This document shows, one piece after another, positions 1-9,619 of a DNA stretch of 64,000 nt. Position 1 is the stretch's first letter; every line of letters begins with the position of its first letter. The translations under genes and the position numbers were made by a program. The notes below the pieces were generated by a model. That model worked only from the letters and a program-made list of their open reading frames with translations, made no database searches and was not told the DNA's origin. Where the stretch lies: the IMG/VR virus record IMGVR_UViG_3300032313_001394, positions 32,001-96,000 of that record; one strand, written 5' to 3'. Origin of the DNA: a virus.

Positions 1-211
1 GAGTATAATCAATAATATGATTATATCCTTTAGGATAAAAAAAGTCTACTGATATAGGTCCATGTTGATTTTTATCTAAATCATACGTCCATACATCCTT
101 CTTACCATCAGCATAATTAAATTCACGAGTATATTTACGTTGTTGAGACATACTTTCAGCTACTAATGTTTCGACCGATTTTGGTCTACCTCGTTTTGAT
201 ATATTTTTCAT
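1..211 (-). CDS. Hypothetical protein, truncated by window edge, with N-terminal RGRP (AT-hook-like)
   Basis: ATG at 211, reads MKNISKRGRPNQSVETLVAE..., open to position 1; class-A promoter at 230-247. Confidence 0.75.
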   Translation of the reverse strand, partial: MKNISKRGRPKSVETLVAESMSQQRKYTREFNYADGKKDVWTYDLDKNQHGPISVDFFYPKGYNHIIDYT

Positions 212-229
212 AACCTGTTTGTTTTATAT

Positions 230-247
230 TCTAAGATAATCAAGAAA
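230..247 (-). promoter_or_regulatory. Class-A phage promoter motif (TTTCTTGATTATCTTAGA)
   Basis: Matches the 18-bp motif found about 35 times upstream of minus-strand genes. Confidence 0.65.
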
Positions 248-267
248 GGGCATATTTCTATGCCCTT
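246..267 (-). terminator. Intrinsic terminator hairpin fused to the promoter motif
   Basis: AAGGGCATA-GAAA-TATGCCCTT followed by TCTT, just after the stop of 274..804. Confidence 0.75.
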
Positions 268-273
268 CTAATA

Positions 274-804
274 TTATAATAAACCAGCTAGCTTATTCCA
301 TCGAGATTCATTAATCGGTTCTTCTGAAGTTATTTCAGCAAGTTCTGATTCAGATATTGATGTTGCAGCATTATATAATTGAGTAATAAAATCAATTTCT
401 TCAGGTGTAAAATCTGTTTCACCTTTAGCGAATTTTCTTAAAGCACCACCACCTAACATTTTAATTTCATCATTAGTTACTTTTGGACGACCTTTAATAC
501 CAGGAGCATTAATTGTAGTTTTAACCATTTTAGGAGCAACTAATCCAGTATCAGCAATAATACCTGCTTGTTTTAAACCTTTAACTAATTGATTAACACT
601 AGCAGTATCTGGACGACCATAAAGAGCCATTGCTACATCTTTCAAAGTAGCTGATCCATTATCTTTTAAAAATGCAATAATTTTTTGCATACGAGTTGAT
701 GACCTAATATTTTCAGGTTGAGCAGCTAATGCAGCTTCATAATCATCAGCTAATTTTAATCCACTAGCTATACGTGCTAATTCTTCAATGTTATTGGTTT
801 CCAT
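274..804 (-). CDS. Putative winged-helix/AT-hook DNA-binding protein with C-terminal INE..KLAGL tail
   Basis: ATLKDVAMALY...VNQLVKGLKQAGII wHTH-like; KGRPK; ends INESRWNKLAGLL. Confidence 0.6.
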   Translation of the reverse strand: METNNIEELARIASGLKLADDYEAALAAQPENIRSSTRMQKIIAFLKDNGSATLKDVAMALYGRPDTASVNQLVKGLKQAGIIADTGLVAPKMVKTTINAPGIKGRPKVTNDEIKMLGGGALRKFAKGETDFTPEEIDFITQLYNAATSISESELAEITSEEPINESRWNKLAGLL

Positions 805-1027
805 AGTATTTGTAATATTGTAAAAAGTCGTTTATAATTTCTTTTTGTTCATCGTTAGATGAATCTTTTAATTCATTTATTTTCTGTATAACTACTTCAG
901 ATTCATTTAATGATAATAATGATTCTTCTAGTTTAGATAATACTTCTTCAATTGGAGACATTTCATGATCTCCAAATGCGTCTGCATCCTCTTTATACAT
1001 TATTATTAATTGGGATATTTTTTTCAT
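791..1027 (-). CDS. Hypothetical protein
   Basis: ORF track; coupled to neighbours. Confidence 0.75.
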   Translation of the reverse strand: MKKISQLIIMYKEDADAFGDHEMSPIEEVLSKLEESLLSLNESEVVIQKINELKDSSNDEQKEIINDFLQYYKYYGNQ

Positions 1028-1491
1028 CGTCCAAATATTAAATTTACTAATTTGATGAATCCTTCTTTAATCATCTTACCCATCTTTTGAGCATAAAACT
1101 GTAATTGTTGTCCAATACGTTTACCTTCAACAGGTGAAGACCAATTTTTAATTTCAGGTACAATATATTTTCTATATTTTGCTCCTGCTAATATTACGAA
1201 TTCATCGTTTTCTAAATCGTAGCGTTTTCTTAAACGAATTAATACTTCTTCAGCCCATTCTTTTACCTCATCTGAAGGCATATTCAATAATGTTTTATCG
1301 TAAGGAGCAATAACTTGTTCTAAAGGTAAAACATAATGTTTAGCAGATAAAATTACTATATCATCCGGATCTAATGAGTTAGCATACTCTAATGAACCTT
1401 TAAATAAAGGAGAATTATACAATTTACCTGCAGGAGCTGGTTTAGGTAATTTTGTTGCTACGCAAGATAAAAGTACTATCTTTTTAGGCAT
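1024..1491 (-). CDS. DUF6884/YaaA-like protein
   Basis: LLSC..K...A..LY.S.LF, ILSAKH, I.PYD.TL motifs. Confidence 0.7.
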   Translation of the reverse strand: MPKKIVLLSCVATKLPKPAPAGKLYNSPLFKGSLEYANSLDPDDIVILSAKHYVLPLEQVIAPYDKTLLNMPSDEVKEWAEEVLIRLRKRYDLENDEFVILAGAKYRKYIVPEIKNWSSPVEGKRIGQQLQFYAQKMGKMIKEGFIKLVNLIFGR

Positions 1492-1492
1492 A

Positions 1493-1699
1493 TTATGAGA
1501 AAGATTCAGCTCGTTGTCTTAATTCTTTAGCGTACTGTTCCATTGCTGTAGCTAAATTTATAAAATCGTATACATCATCAGTATAGGTTTCAGTAAAATC
1601 AGCTAATAAACCTAAATAATGTTTTACTGGTGGATGTTCATCCGCCATAGCTGATTTAATTTCTTCTTGAATTATAGCTTTTAATTCTTTTAGTTTCAT
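1493..1699 (-). CDS. Small protein with amphipathic leader MKLKELKAIIQEEI
   Basis: ORF track; class-B motif upstream at 1724. Confidence 0.75.
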   Translation of the reverse strand: MKLKELKAIIQEEIKSAMADEHPPVKHYLGLLADFTETYTDDVYDFINLATAMEQYAKELRQRAESFS

Positions 1700-1723
1700 A
1701 GCATTATAAACAGTAGTATATTA

Positions 1724-1733
1724 ATAAATATTA
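1724..1733 (-). promoter_or_regulatory. Class-B (putative late) promoter TAATATTTAT overlapping the upstream stop codon
   Basis: Same 10-mer at 11968, 15327, 17865, 31170, 57655. Confidence 0.6.
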
Positions 1734-2780
1734 AGATACTTTTATTTCTGTAATGATATTTTTACTAGTTGATTTATTAATAAATTGTCCTAATCCTTCA
1801 AACATTTGTTGTTTATATTCAGGATATTTAGTTAATATTTTAGTTAAAAAAGCAGGTGTACTATCATATACATAACTACTTTTTTCTTTAGATACAGATT
1901 GTAATAAATATCTAAAATTAGTATTATTATCTATTTTACGAAAATTAGGGAATAAATGTAATAATAATAAAACATATGGTTTAGCCGATATTGGATCCAT
2001 ATTAGATACAATTTCTTTAGCTAATTTAAGATTTGATTCATCATCACTACGCAACATATCAACTATATTAGCAAAAATATCAATATCCATTATCATATCT
2101 TCACTAATTGTTTGATTTAATTTCTCGTCAAATACGACATTAAAATCATATTTTCCGTAATTATTTACAATATCAACAAACAAATTATAATTTTCAAATG
2201 CTTTTTGATAACCCCATTCATTTAAAATTTCAATACCTTTAATAATATCAAATTGTTTAATTTGAGGTAATATTTTATTTACTTCAGGTTTGTTATTTGA
2301 ATAAGATAATAATGATTGTTTATCTAATAAAATATAAGAAATACTATCTGAATCATCTAAAAGATTATTTAATGAATGATCACGATGGTTATTATTAAGT
2401 AAAGGTTTAATATTTTTTTCATAAAACTCTTTAGGAATTTTATAGTATTCTTTTATAGTTTTATACGTACTTTCATTAAAATAATCAGTAATTAATTCAT
2501 TGCTTAAAACTACAGTATTAGAATCCTTTATATTTCTACTTTTTTTAATGTTTAAGTTATTATTCCAAATATATTCTTTTAATTTATATTGGGGTAATTT
2601 AGTTAATTTAGAAAAATGAATAGTTGAATTTGGAGTTAATACATTATCTTTATTAGATTCATATATTGATTTATACTTTGTTAATATAGATGGATCTAAT
2701 AAATACATTAAACAATCGTTTTTTTTCCAATTATTTAAATAAAAACTACCATGATATTTGAGTAAAACGTATTTTTCCAT
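1731..2780 (-). CDS. Hypothetical protein, third gene of the MoxR/vWA module
   Basis: 349 aa ORF starting 2 nt after the MoxR stop. Confidence 0.75.
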   Translation of the reverse strand: MEKYVLLKYHGSFYLNNWKKNDCLMYLLDPSILTKYKSIYESNKDNVLTPNSTIHFSKLTKLPQYKLKEYIWNNNLNIKKSRNIKDSNTVVLSNELITDYFNESTYKTIKEYYKIPKEFYEKNIKPLLNNNHRDHSLNNLLDDSDSISYILLDKQSLLSYSNNKPEVNKILPQIKQFDIIKGIEILNEWGYQKAFENYNLFVDIVNNYGKYDFNVVFDEKLNQTISEDMIMDIDIFANIVDMLRSDDESNLKLAKEIVSNMDPISAKPYVLLLLHLFPNFRKIDNNTNFRYLLQSVSKEKSSYVYDSTPAFLTKILTKYPEYKQQMFEGLGQFINKSTSKNIITEIKVS

Positions 2781-2782
2781 GA

Positions 2783-3958
2783 CTATTTAGTTAAGAATTT
2801 TAATAAATCTTTGTTCAACATTAATAATTTAAATGCAGATGAATTACCATTATAGATTGATTTAATCATATTATATTTTAAGTCAACAGCAAATAATTCT
2901 TCATTCATTAAAAACGCTAAACGTTCAATAAATGATTTTTCAATTTTATTGTCTTTAGCATAATATAAACTAAAGTTAATAATACGAGTAGATATAATAG
3001 ATGCTAAATCGGCTCTATAATCTTTATCTTTACCAATAATACCTTTTAGTGTATTTAAAATATATTCATCCTTTTCATGAGTCATAATTGTTTCTGGTGA
3101 GATAATTTTATCTAATTTATTATTGATAAAAATAGTAAATAATGTAGTGAATTCTGAACCAACACTACCTTCACCAATCATTTGAATTAAAGATAAATTA
3201 TCATCAAATGAAGGTAATGAACTAATTGAATTAAAGAACGTAGTAATTGATCTTGAATTAGTTTCTGTTGAAATTAATTCGGGATGTTTTAATAAAAAGT
3301 TAATACATCTGTTATCGATTTGAGCATTTTCTGCCCATTCGCTCCAACAATTAATATCAAATTTTAAATTAACAGAAATAAAACGTGTTTTCTGAGCGTT
3401 ATCAATACTATTAACTAAATAATCACCATTATCTGGATTTGCAGTTAAGATAATATGCCAATCTTTAGGTAATGACCAACTAATATATTGTTGTCTATCG
3501 ATTAGTTCCATTACCGCTTGTATAAACCTAACATCAGCTCTATTCCAATCGTCTAGTAATAAAATACCTCCTGATGATGAATTTGAAATCCATTCAGGTG
3601 GACAATAACTCATTCGATTTGCACCTGTAAATTGATAACCTTGTTTAGTATATTCTTGAACTGCATGTTCATCAATCCATAAACAATCTCCCCCATCAAC
3701 ACAAACTTCAAATTGTCTAATTGGAAAACCAACTAAATCACCTAATTCTTCAATTTGGGCTAAATTTAGTTTAACGAATTTTAAATCTAATTCGTTAGCT
3801 AATTGAATAATTGTTGATGTTTTTCCGATACCAGAATCACCAATTACTTCAACAGCGACAGGCAACTTACCATTTTCTTGTAAGTAACGATTGTTTTGAA
3901 CAATGTGAGATAGGAATTGTTTGGCTTCCTTAACGTTTAATGATATTTGTTTTGACAT
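2783..3958 (-). CDS. MoxR-like AAA+ ATPase
   Basis: Walker A GDSGIGKT, GDLVGFP, Walker B LLLDDWNR, TANP, next to a vWA gene. Confidence 0.85.
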   Translation of the reverse strand: MSKQISLNVKEAKQFLSHIVQNNRYLQENGKLPVAVEVIGDSGIGKTSTIIQLANELDLKFVKLNLAQIEELGDLVGFPIRQFEVCVDGGDCLWIDEHAVQEYTKQGYQFTGANRMSYCPPEWISNSSSGGILLLDDWNRADVRFIQAVMELIDRQQYISWSLPKDWHIILTANPDNGDYLVNSIDNAQKTRFISVNLKFDINCWSEWAENAQIDNRCINFLLKHPELISTETNSRSITTFFNSISSLPSFDDNLSLIQMIGEGSVGSEFTTLFTIFINNKLDKIISPETIMTHEKDEYILNTLKGIIGKDKDYRADLASIISTRIINFSLYYAKDNKIEKSFIERLAFLMNEELFAVDLKYNMIKSIYNGNSSAFKLLMLNKDLLKFLTK

Positions 3959-3979
3959 AATAATGTTATTTTGTTACGT

Positions 3980-4000
3980 ATAAAGATAATCAGGAAAGGA
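3980..4000 (-). promoter_or_regulatory. Class-A promoter; 21 bp identical to 5195-5215
   Basis: ATAAAGATAATCAGGAAAGGA on + strand at both sites. Confidence 0.7.
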
Positions 4001-4003
4001 AAA

Positions 4004-5173
4004 TTATTTTTGGATTTTAATTGTATTAATCCAACCTCCTTCTTTAACTGTTTCTATTTTTTCTCCATTAGAGCATACTACAGTTAATAACGGTTTGAAA
4101 GTATTTACTGAACGTTCTGGAATGTAACCATCAGTTAATATAATTAAGTTACTATATTGTTTATGTTTATTTACATATTCAACAAATGGATTCATATCTG
4201 TACCACCACGACCTGAAACGAATTCAGGCATTTTACCTTTATACTCATAAACATTATGAATATTAGTATCACCTTCAGCAACTGATACTTGTACTCCTGT
4301 TTTATGAATATGATATATTTCATTAAAAAACTCTTGTAAATCATTTTTACTAACTGAACCTGATGTATCAACTCCAATTAATATATGTTTTTTAGTTTTA
4401 ATTTTTAGAGCCGGATTCTCCTCATATCGTTTATTTAATTTACGACGAGTTTTCTTAGTATATGTTTTAGTTGATGTAGATGAGAAACGACGTAAATATG
4501 CTTTCCAATCATATGATGGAGGTGTAATTTCAAATAATGAATCAATATAATCTTTTAATTCATTAGGTACTTTACCTATATTTTTTTGACTCTCGACTAT
4601 TTCTTTAATTTGATGATCGATTTGAGCTTTAACTAATTTTTTATCAGCTTCAGATAATTCATCAAATTCTTTCCAAGTACCATGATAATCACTATCCATA
4701 TCATTTAACATTCCATCTAATTCAGGACTAGTTCCTTGTTGATGAGCTTGTTGTAATAACTCATAGTACATTTTAGTACCTGCTTTTTCAGGTAATGTTA
4801 AAGTAGGAAATGAAGATAATAAAATTAAATCAGGAGATGGATAATAAATTGGATCGATATATTGATTAATTTCTAAGTCAGCAGCTATATTATGTAGTTG
4901 ATGATTAGGAAACGATTCACGATTAATTAAATGATGAAAACAAATATGGAGTAATTCATGTTTAATTAAACCGATTTTTTTATTTTCATTATCTAAACTA
5001 GTCCAAAATTCTTCATTAATAGCTAATTGATAATTAATATTGTTTTTAGAGACGCCCGCTGTCGGAACATCTCTACGAACAACCTTATTTAAACTTGATG
5101 CAAATATACCATAGAACGGTTCTTTCAGCATAAGTTTTTTTACAATGACACTTACGTCTTCTAAAGTATTCAT
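4004..5173 (-). CDS. DUF2201-type metallopeptidase plus vWA domain protein
   Basis: HELLH, NIAADLEIN, MIDAS DTSGS, GRGGT, TDGY. Confidence 0.85.
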   Translation of the reverse strand: MNTLEDVSVIVKKLMLKEPFYGIFASSLNKVVRRDVPTAGVSKNNINYQLAINEEFWTSLDNENKKIGLIKHELLHICFHHLINRESFPNHQLHNIAADLEINQYIDPIYYPSPDLILLSSFPTLTLPEKAGTKMYYELLQQAHQQGTSPELDGMLNDMDSDYHGTWKEFDELSEADKKLVKAQIDHQIKEIVESQKNIGKVPNELKDYIDSLFEITPPSYDWKAYLRRFSSTSTKTYTKKTRRKLNKRYEENPALKIKTKKHILIGVDTSGSVSKNDLQEFFNEIYHIHKTGVQVSVAEGDTNIHNVYEYKGKMPEFVSGRGGTDMNPFVEYVNKHKQYSNLIILTDGYIPERSVNTFKPLLTVVCSNGEKIETVKEGGWINTIKIQK

Positions 5174-5194
5174 AATAATGTTTTTTAGTACAAG

Positions 5195-5215
5195 ATAAAG
5201 ATAATCAGGAAAGGA
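5195..5215 (-). promoter_or_regulatory. Class-A promoter
   Basis: Identical to 3980-4000. Confidence 0.7.
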
Positions 5216-5221
5216 GTATTA

Positions 5222-6553
5222 TTAGTACTCTACTCCTGTTATCTTTTCTAATAAACTTTGTCTAATAATAGACTCAGCAACATAAATACCATGTGCGCCA
5301 GATACTGTGATTCCCCTTGCAGATAACGCATCGCCTACAAAATGTACATTAGAGTAGTCGGTTAATGATAAATTATGATATCTCACCAATGGTTCTGGGG
5401 ATAGATATTTTACTTCAGGAATATACATTCCCCAATCATCACCTATTTCAGGAAATACTTTCTTCATATCTTGAATAAAATCCCAAATATATTTAAAATA
5501 TCCATCTAATGCGGGTTCAACTACATGAGATAATGTATCTAAACTGATTCGAGTAGCTGATACTGTGTTACCTTCTGATGTTGTTGATACTGTTCTAGAT
5601 GGTGAATAATATAATCCAGTTCCATGTTTTTGTAGTGTTTGTACTACATCTCTACTCCAAGCAAATGGATCTTCGATACCTTTAATTTCCATTAAGATAC
5701 CGAAGTTAGTCATATTGTTCCGGAATTCTTCCCCTTTTTTCGCATGACCATTGTAAGTAACATCACCATAAGTTTCTTCAACGGCCACATAAGCAGCGTT
5801 ATTATTAGTGCAGAAACTACGAAGAGATACACTATCAAATTTCTGATAAAGTTTGAAATCATAGCTGATATCGATTAATTTTTGGAAATATTTTTGTGGG
5901 GCTTCAAATCGAACACCAATTTGTACTGATTTAGGTTCATTAGGTAATTGATAATCGTCTGCTAATTTTTGAGCAAAATCAATACCTGATTTACCTACTG
6001 CAAATATTAATTCATCATATCCTATTACAAGATCTTGTTTATCAGCGTTTATTACTTGTACTTCAAAATCAATATGAGTAATTTCAGTATTCCAAATAAA
6101 TTCAACACCTTTATCAACTAAATATGAATACCACGCTTTAGCAATTTCATGCAAATAATTTGAACCAATATGCCATACTGGAAATAAACGTAATCCAAAA
6201 TATGGTTTAATGAAGTCAGGCTCAGTAATAGGATCAGACATAAATATTTCGTCTGGTTTAGGATGAAAACGAGTAAAGTTATCTACTACTTGCTTCATCA
6301 ATTCCATTGCCTTCTCTTCACCACAATATTTTGATAATTGTCCTCCAATTTCAGTATGATAAGTTAATTTACCATCTGACCATCCACCAGCACCTAACAT
6401 ACCTGTCATTACTTCTTCAGGTAAACGGTTATGTGGATCATTACCTTTATCAATGATTGTAATTAATTCACCCGGATATCCATTATCCACTAATTTAGTA
6501 GCTGCATTAATACATGCAACTCCAGCACCTACGATTATAATTTTTTTGTCCAT
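5222..6553 (-). CDS. FAD-dependent oxidoreductase (COG2509-like)
   Basis: IIIVGAG Rossmann start, GAGGWSDGKL, RSFCTN, FVGD..GI; start moved to MDKKII (6553), downstream of the promoter at 6573. Confidence 0.85.
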   Translation of the reverse strand: MDKKIIIVGAGVACINAATKLVDNGYPGELITIIDKGNDPHNRLPEEVMTGMLGAGGWSDGKLTYHTEIGGQLSKYCGEEKAMELMKQVVDNFTRFHPKPDEIFMSDPITEPDFIKPYFGLRLFPVWHIGSNYLHEIAKAWYSYLVDKGVEFIWNTEITHIDFEVQVINADKQDLVIGYDELIFAVGKSGIDFAQKLADDYQLPNEPKSVQIGVRFEAPQKYFQKLIDISYDFKLYQKFDSVSLRSFCTNNNAAYVAVEETYGDVTYNGHAKKGEEFRNNMTNFGILMEIKGIEDPFAWSRDVVQTLQKHGTGLYYSPSRTVSTTSEGNTVSATRISLDTLSHVVEPALDGYFKYIWDFIQDMKKVFPEIGDDWGMYIPEVKYLSPEPLVRYHNLSLTDYSNVHFVGDALSARGITVSGAHGIYVAESIIRQSLLEKITGVEY

Positions 6554-6572
6554 AATAAATTTTAAATTGCTT

Positions 6573-6590
6573 TTAAATATAATTAAGAAA
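6573..6590 (-). promoter_or_regulatory. Class-A promoter (consensus TTTCTTAATTATATTTAA)
   Basis: Perfect consensus copy. Confidence 0.7.
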
Positions 6591-6612
6591 GGCCCAATCG
6601 TAAGATTGGGCC
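6591..6612 (-). terminator. Intrinsic terminator hairpin
   Basis: GGCCCAATC-TTAC-GATTGGGCC then TTTCTT. Confidence 0.8.
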
Positions 6613-6657
6613 ACAGATCCATTTTTTAATATTAAGTCGAACGGCTATGAATCGTTC
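6611..6657 (-). ncRNA. Candidate H-type pseudoknot in the 3' UTR
   Basis: GAACG/CGTTC stem; loop TCATAG can pair with downstream CTGTGG after an A6 linker. Confidence 0.35.
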
Positions 6658-6666
6658 TAAATGTTT

Positions 6667-7836
6667 TTAAAATTCGTATTCTTCGTCTATAGTTTCTGTT
6701 CCTTTAGGAGAAAACTGAGGTCTATTACCTTGTGTAATTCCAATAAAATCAAAATTCTTAACAAATTCTTCTCCAGTTACTAATTCGAATTTACTATCAC
6801 TTACCATTACTAATCCACCATCTAATTCTTCAATAAATGATTTTTTAATATCATTATCTATTTCATCACCACTTAAATTAAATATATTTCTACCTAATAA
6901 AGTTTTAATAACACCTCTAAATCGTTGAACTTCTTCATAATCAGCAGCAGCAGGAATTATTTTACCTGATATAGAAATATTTTGATTAATATCTGCTTTT
7001 TGTATTTTTTCTAAATCTTCAGGAGATATATCAAATGCTTTATTACCAACTGTAAACTCAGGTTTTAATTTATCTGAAGATGATATTTCAATAAATTTAG
7101 TTCTTAAATCAGATAAAAATGATTTTAATTGGGGTAATTGTTTTTTACCAAATGATGTCCAGTTTACCTGTTTATTGTTTTGATCACCTTTAACTTTCTT
7201 ACCGAATTCTTCCCACCGTCTAAACAAATCATCACCTAATAGTTCCTTATATTTTTCTTTATTTTCACCATCAAATATTTCATCCTTAAGAAGCCATAAT
7301 GTTGTCGTTAAAGCAGTAACAGGACTTCTAAATGTACCTCCAGCTCTAATAGGAAGTTTATCATTTGCTTCTTTTAATTCATATGATTTACCACCTACAC
7401 TAACATCACCTAATTCTCCTTTTTTAGCAATTTTTTGACCATCTGAAGATGCTATGATTAAGGTTACTTCACCTCTACCCATATCACCTTCTTTAATATC
7501 AAATGTTTTTTTAATAAGTTCTGAGTTGCTGTTTAGAAACGAGATAGTTTTTACAATATTGTTTGAGGCGTTACTAACTATCTTTTTCTTATCCTCGTCT
7601 GATAATACAGAAGAAATTTTAGTTTTTGTTTCTTCTCTTAAAGTAGTTTTAGATTTAAGTAAATCATCAAATGATGTTACAGATGAAGTTCCATCTGTAT
7701 TTTCTTCAGCTTCGTTAATTCCTATTTCAGATAAAATTTCACGCATTAATTTTTTATCTGATGGATCTGTTAAATCAGGATATCCTTTAGGAAAACGATA
7801 CGAGTATTGTTCTAAGAATTTAGTTATAACATTCAT
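6667..7836 (-). CDS. Hypothetical protein with possible PD-(D/E)xK nuclease-like core
   Basis: MGRGE...GDVSVGGKSYELK pattern; N-terminal segment ending ILSEIGINE. Confidence 0.55.
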   Translation of the reverse strand: MNVITKFLEQYSYRFPKGYPDLTDPSDKKLMREILSEIGINEAEENTDGTSSVTSFDDLLKSKTTLREETKTKISSVLSDEDKKKIVSNASNNIVKTISFLNSNSELIKKTFDIKEGDMGRGEVTLIIASSDGQKIAKKGELGDVSVGGKSYELKEANDKLPIRAGGTFRSPVTALTTTLWLLKDEIFDGENKEKYKELLGDDLFRRWEEFGKKVKGDQNNKQVNWTSFGKKQLPQLKSFLSDLRTKFIEISSSDKLKPEFTVGNKAFDISPEDLEKIQKADINQNISISGKIIPAAADYEEVQRFRGVIKTLLGRNIFNLSGDEIDNDIKKSFIEELDGGLVMVSDSKFELVTGEEFVKNFDFIGITQGNRPQFSPKGTETIDEEYEF

Positions 7837-8306
7837 TATGCTTCTGTAGGTGTTTCTACAGGTGTTTCTTCAGGAACTTCATCTGCTGGATTTAATTCTT
7901 GAGAAGCTGTAGCTGAACCTTTATCAGGATTAATTGGACCTGTAATTAATAATTCTTGAATAGCTTTTATTGCTCTTTCATTATCACCTAATGATGATAA
8001 AGTATAATTAGTACCAGATACTCTAGCTATAAAATTATCAACATTCCATATTAAGTGGAAGTAGTTTTGATTTTTTAATATAACTTTAAATGTAGTAGGA
8101 CGAGGAGCAACCCATTCAATATTTTCAACAAATATTGTAAATTCATCTGACATTAAATTAGCTAATATTTCCTGTAGTTTAGGAAATTTGAATAACATAT
8201 CAGAGTATTTTAATGCCATTGGTGTTGCATTCTCAGGCTTATCAGCACGAGAGGCAACATTACGAGCCGCTACTCTTACTTTATCTGCTAATTCTTTTTT
8301 AGTCAT
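7836..8306 (-). CDS. Hypothetical protein
   Basis: ORF track; TAATG coupling to the next gene. Confidence 0.8.
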   Translation of the reverse strand: MTKKELADKVRVAARNVASRADKPENATPMALKYSDMLFKFPKLQEILANLMSDEFTIFVENIEWVAPRPTTFKVILKNQNYFHLIWNVDNFIARVSGTNYTLSSLGDNERAIKAIQELLITGPINPDKGSATASQELNPADEVPEETPVETPTEA

Positions 8307-8308
8307 TA

Positions 8309-8716
8309 TTATAATTGAGTTGCATCAATTGAAATTTCTTCAACTGGTTCTTCAGTTTCTAAGACTTCTTCTTTGTCTGCTTTTTTAGTAGACTTTTTAC
8401 CTTTTTTCTTATCTTCTTTATCACCACCTGACATTCTTTCTTCAAGTTCCAATCCAGCACTTTCATATTCTTGTATTGATTTATCCATCTCTTGCATTAC
8501 TTTTTCGAATAATTTTTCGCCTAAGTAACGAGATAGGTTAATTTTTTTCATTAATTCCATTACACTATTCGCTTTTTTAGCTTCTTGCTTAATTCGTTCC
8601 ATTTTTGCTTCGTTAGCAGCAATGTCACCAGCAGCATCAATTTCTTTGATACGCTGAGAAGTACCTTCGGCAATCATTTTTCTAACTAAAGCACGTAGTT
8701 TTTCGTTCTGAGTCAT
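8309..8716 (-). CDS. Hypothetical helical protein (leader LRALVRKMIAE)
   Basis: Start at MTQNEK (8716) overlaps the upstream stop as TAATG. Confidence 0.75.
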   Translation of the reverse strand: MTQNEKLRALVRKMIAEGTSQRIKEIDAAGDIAANEAKMERIKQEAKKANSVMELMKKINLSRYLGEKLFEKVMQEMDKSIQEYESAGLELEERMSGGDKEDKKKGKKSTKKADKEEVLETEEPVEEISIDATQL

Positions 8717-9345
8717 TATTTTTTGAGTTTTATTTTCCAAGCTAAATTAACACCTATGTATTTATTCATATTAGGATCTACATATATGTTCAGGCCATAA
8801 ATATTGTCTTTTTTTGTCTTCAATGATAAATTCGGACCAGCCATTATTAATGAATTACCTACCATTCCTCCTACTCCAACATATACTTGATTTTTAGGTA
8901 ATTCTTTTACTATTTTAGTATCAGTTATAGTATGTTCTTTAATTTGAGCATTCCATTTACGTCCAATAATTTTATTCATTGATATAGTATCTGTTAATTC
9001 AATTGTACCTAAATCATTATCTAATACTAACTTATCTTTATATAATACTTTTTTATTATATTCTTGTACTATACGAATTGTATCACCTTTTAAATAAACA
9101 GGTACTTCAACACGTTTTTCTTTTTCAACTATAGTTTCATGATATATATCTTCACCTTTAACATATTTTGTTTTAAAGTGGTCTACAATAACAGTATCAA
9201 TTTTGTGTTTTAGTAATTCATATTTTTTCCCATCAACCTTAATTGTTGGATTTTCAGTACCATTATCAGACGTACATTGTTGAATAACAATTACACCGAT
9301 TAACACCAATATAATGATAATAAAGAAATTTTGTTTAGTAATCAT
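8716..9345 (-). CDS. Membrane-anchored protein, possible spanin-like lysis protein
   Basis: N-terminal TM FFIIIILVLIGVIVI; C-terminal amphipathic beta-strands ending WKIKLKK. Confidence 0.5.
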   Translation of the reverse strand: MITKQNFFIIIILVLIGVIVIQQCTSDNGTENPTIKVDGKKYELLKHKIDTVIVDHFKTKYVKGEDIYHETIVEKEKRVEVPVYLKGDTIRIVQEYNKKVLYKDKLVLDNDLGTIELTDTISMNKIIGRKWNAQIKEHTITDTKIVKELPKNQVYVGVGGMVGNSLIMAGPNLSLKTKKDNIYGLNIYVDPNMNKYIGVNLAWKIKLKK

Positions 9346-9349
9346 AACA

Positions 9350-9619
9350 TTAAAATTTATAAATTTTTAGTCGTAACTTACCTGTTCCTTTAATTAAACG
9401 GTGGTATTTGTGTTTTGGTATAAATATTGGAGGAGTAAACGTTGTAGGGAGTTCATTTTCTAATTGAATTTTCCAATCAGTTTCACCCTGAAGATATAAT
9501 GTTCTATGTTCATTATCACGATGCCAAAGGAGTTCGATGGGATCTATATTCTCATCGAACTCACGAATAGTATATTCTTCAGTTATTTCTAAATCAGTAT
9601 ATGGTTTACCAGAATCCAC
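9350..9619 (-). CDS. Small cupin-fold protein
   Basis: LWHRD.E.R and FIPK..YHRLIKG cupin-like His motifs. Confidence 0.65.
   Translation of the reverse strand: MDSGKPYTDLEITEEYTIREFDENIDPIELLWHRDNEHRTLYLQGETDWKIQLENELPTTFTPPIFIPKHKYHRLIKGTGKLRLKIYKF

Noticed and set aside
6554-6622. N-terminal extensions given by the ORF track (also 35820-35900, 39734-39805, 53901-53924, 54790-54843, 61336-61368)
   Set aside because: Most run through promoter/terminator elements or upstream genes, and downstream ATGs fit the domain starts better
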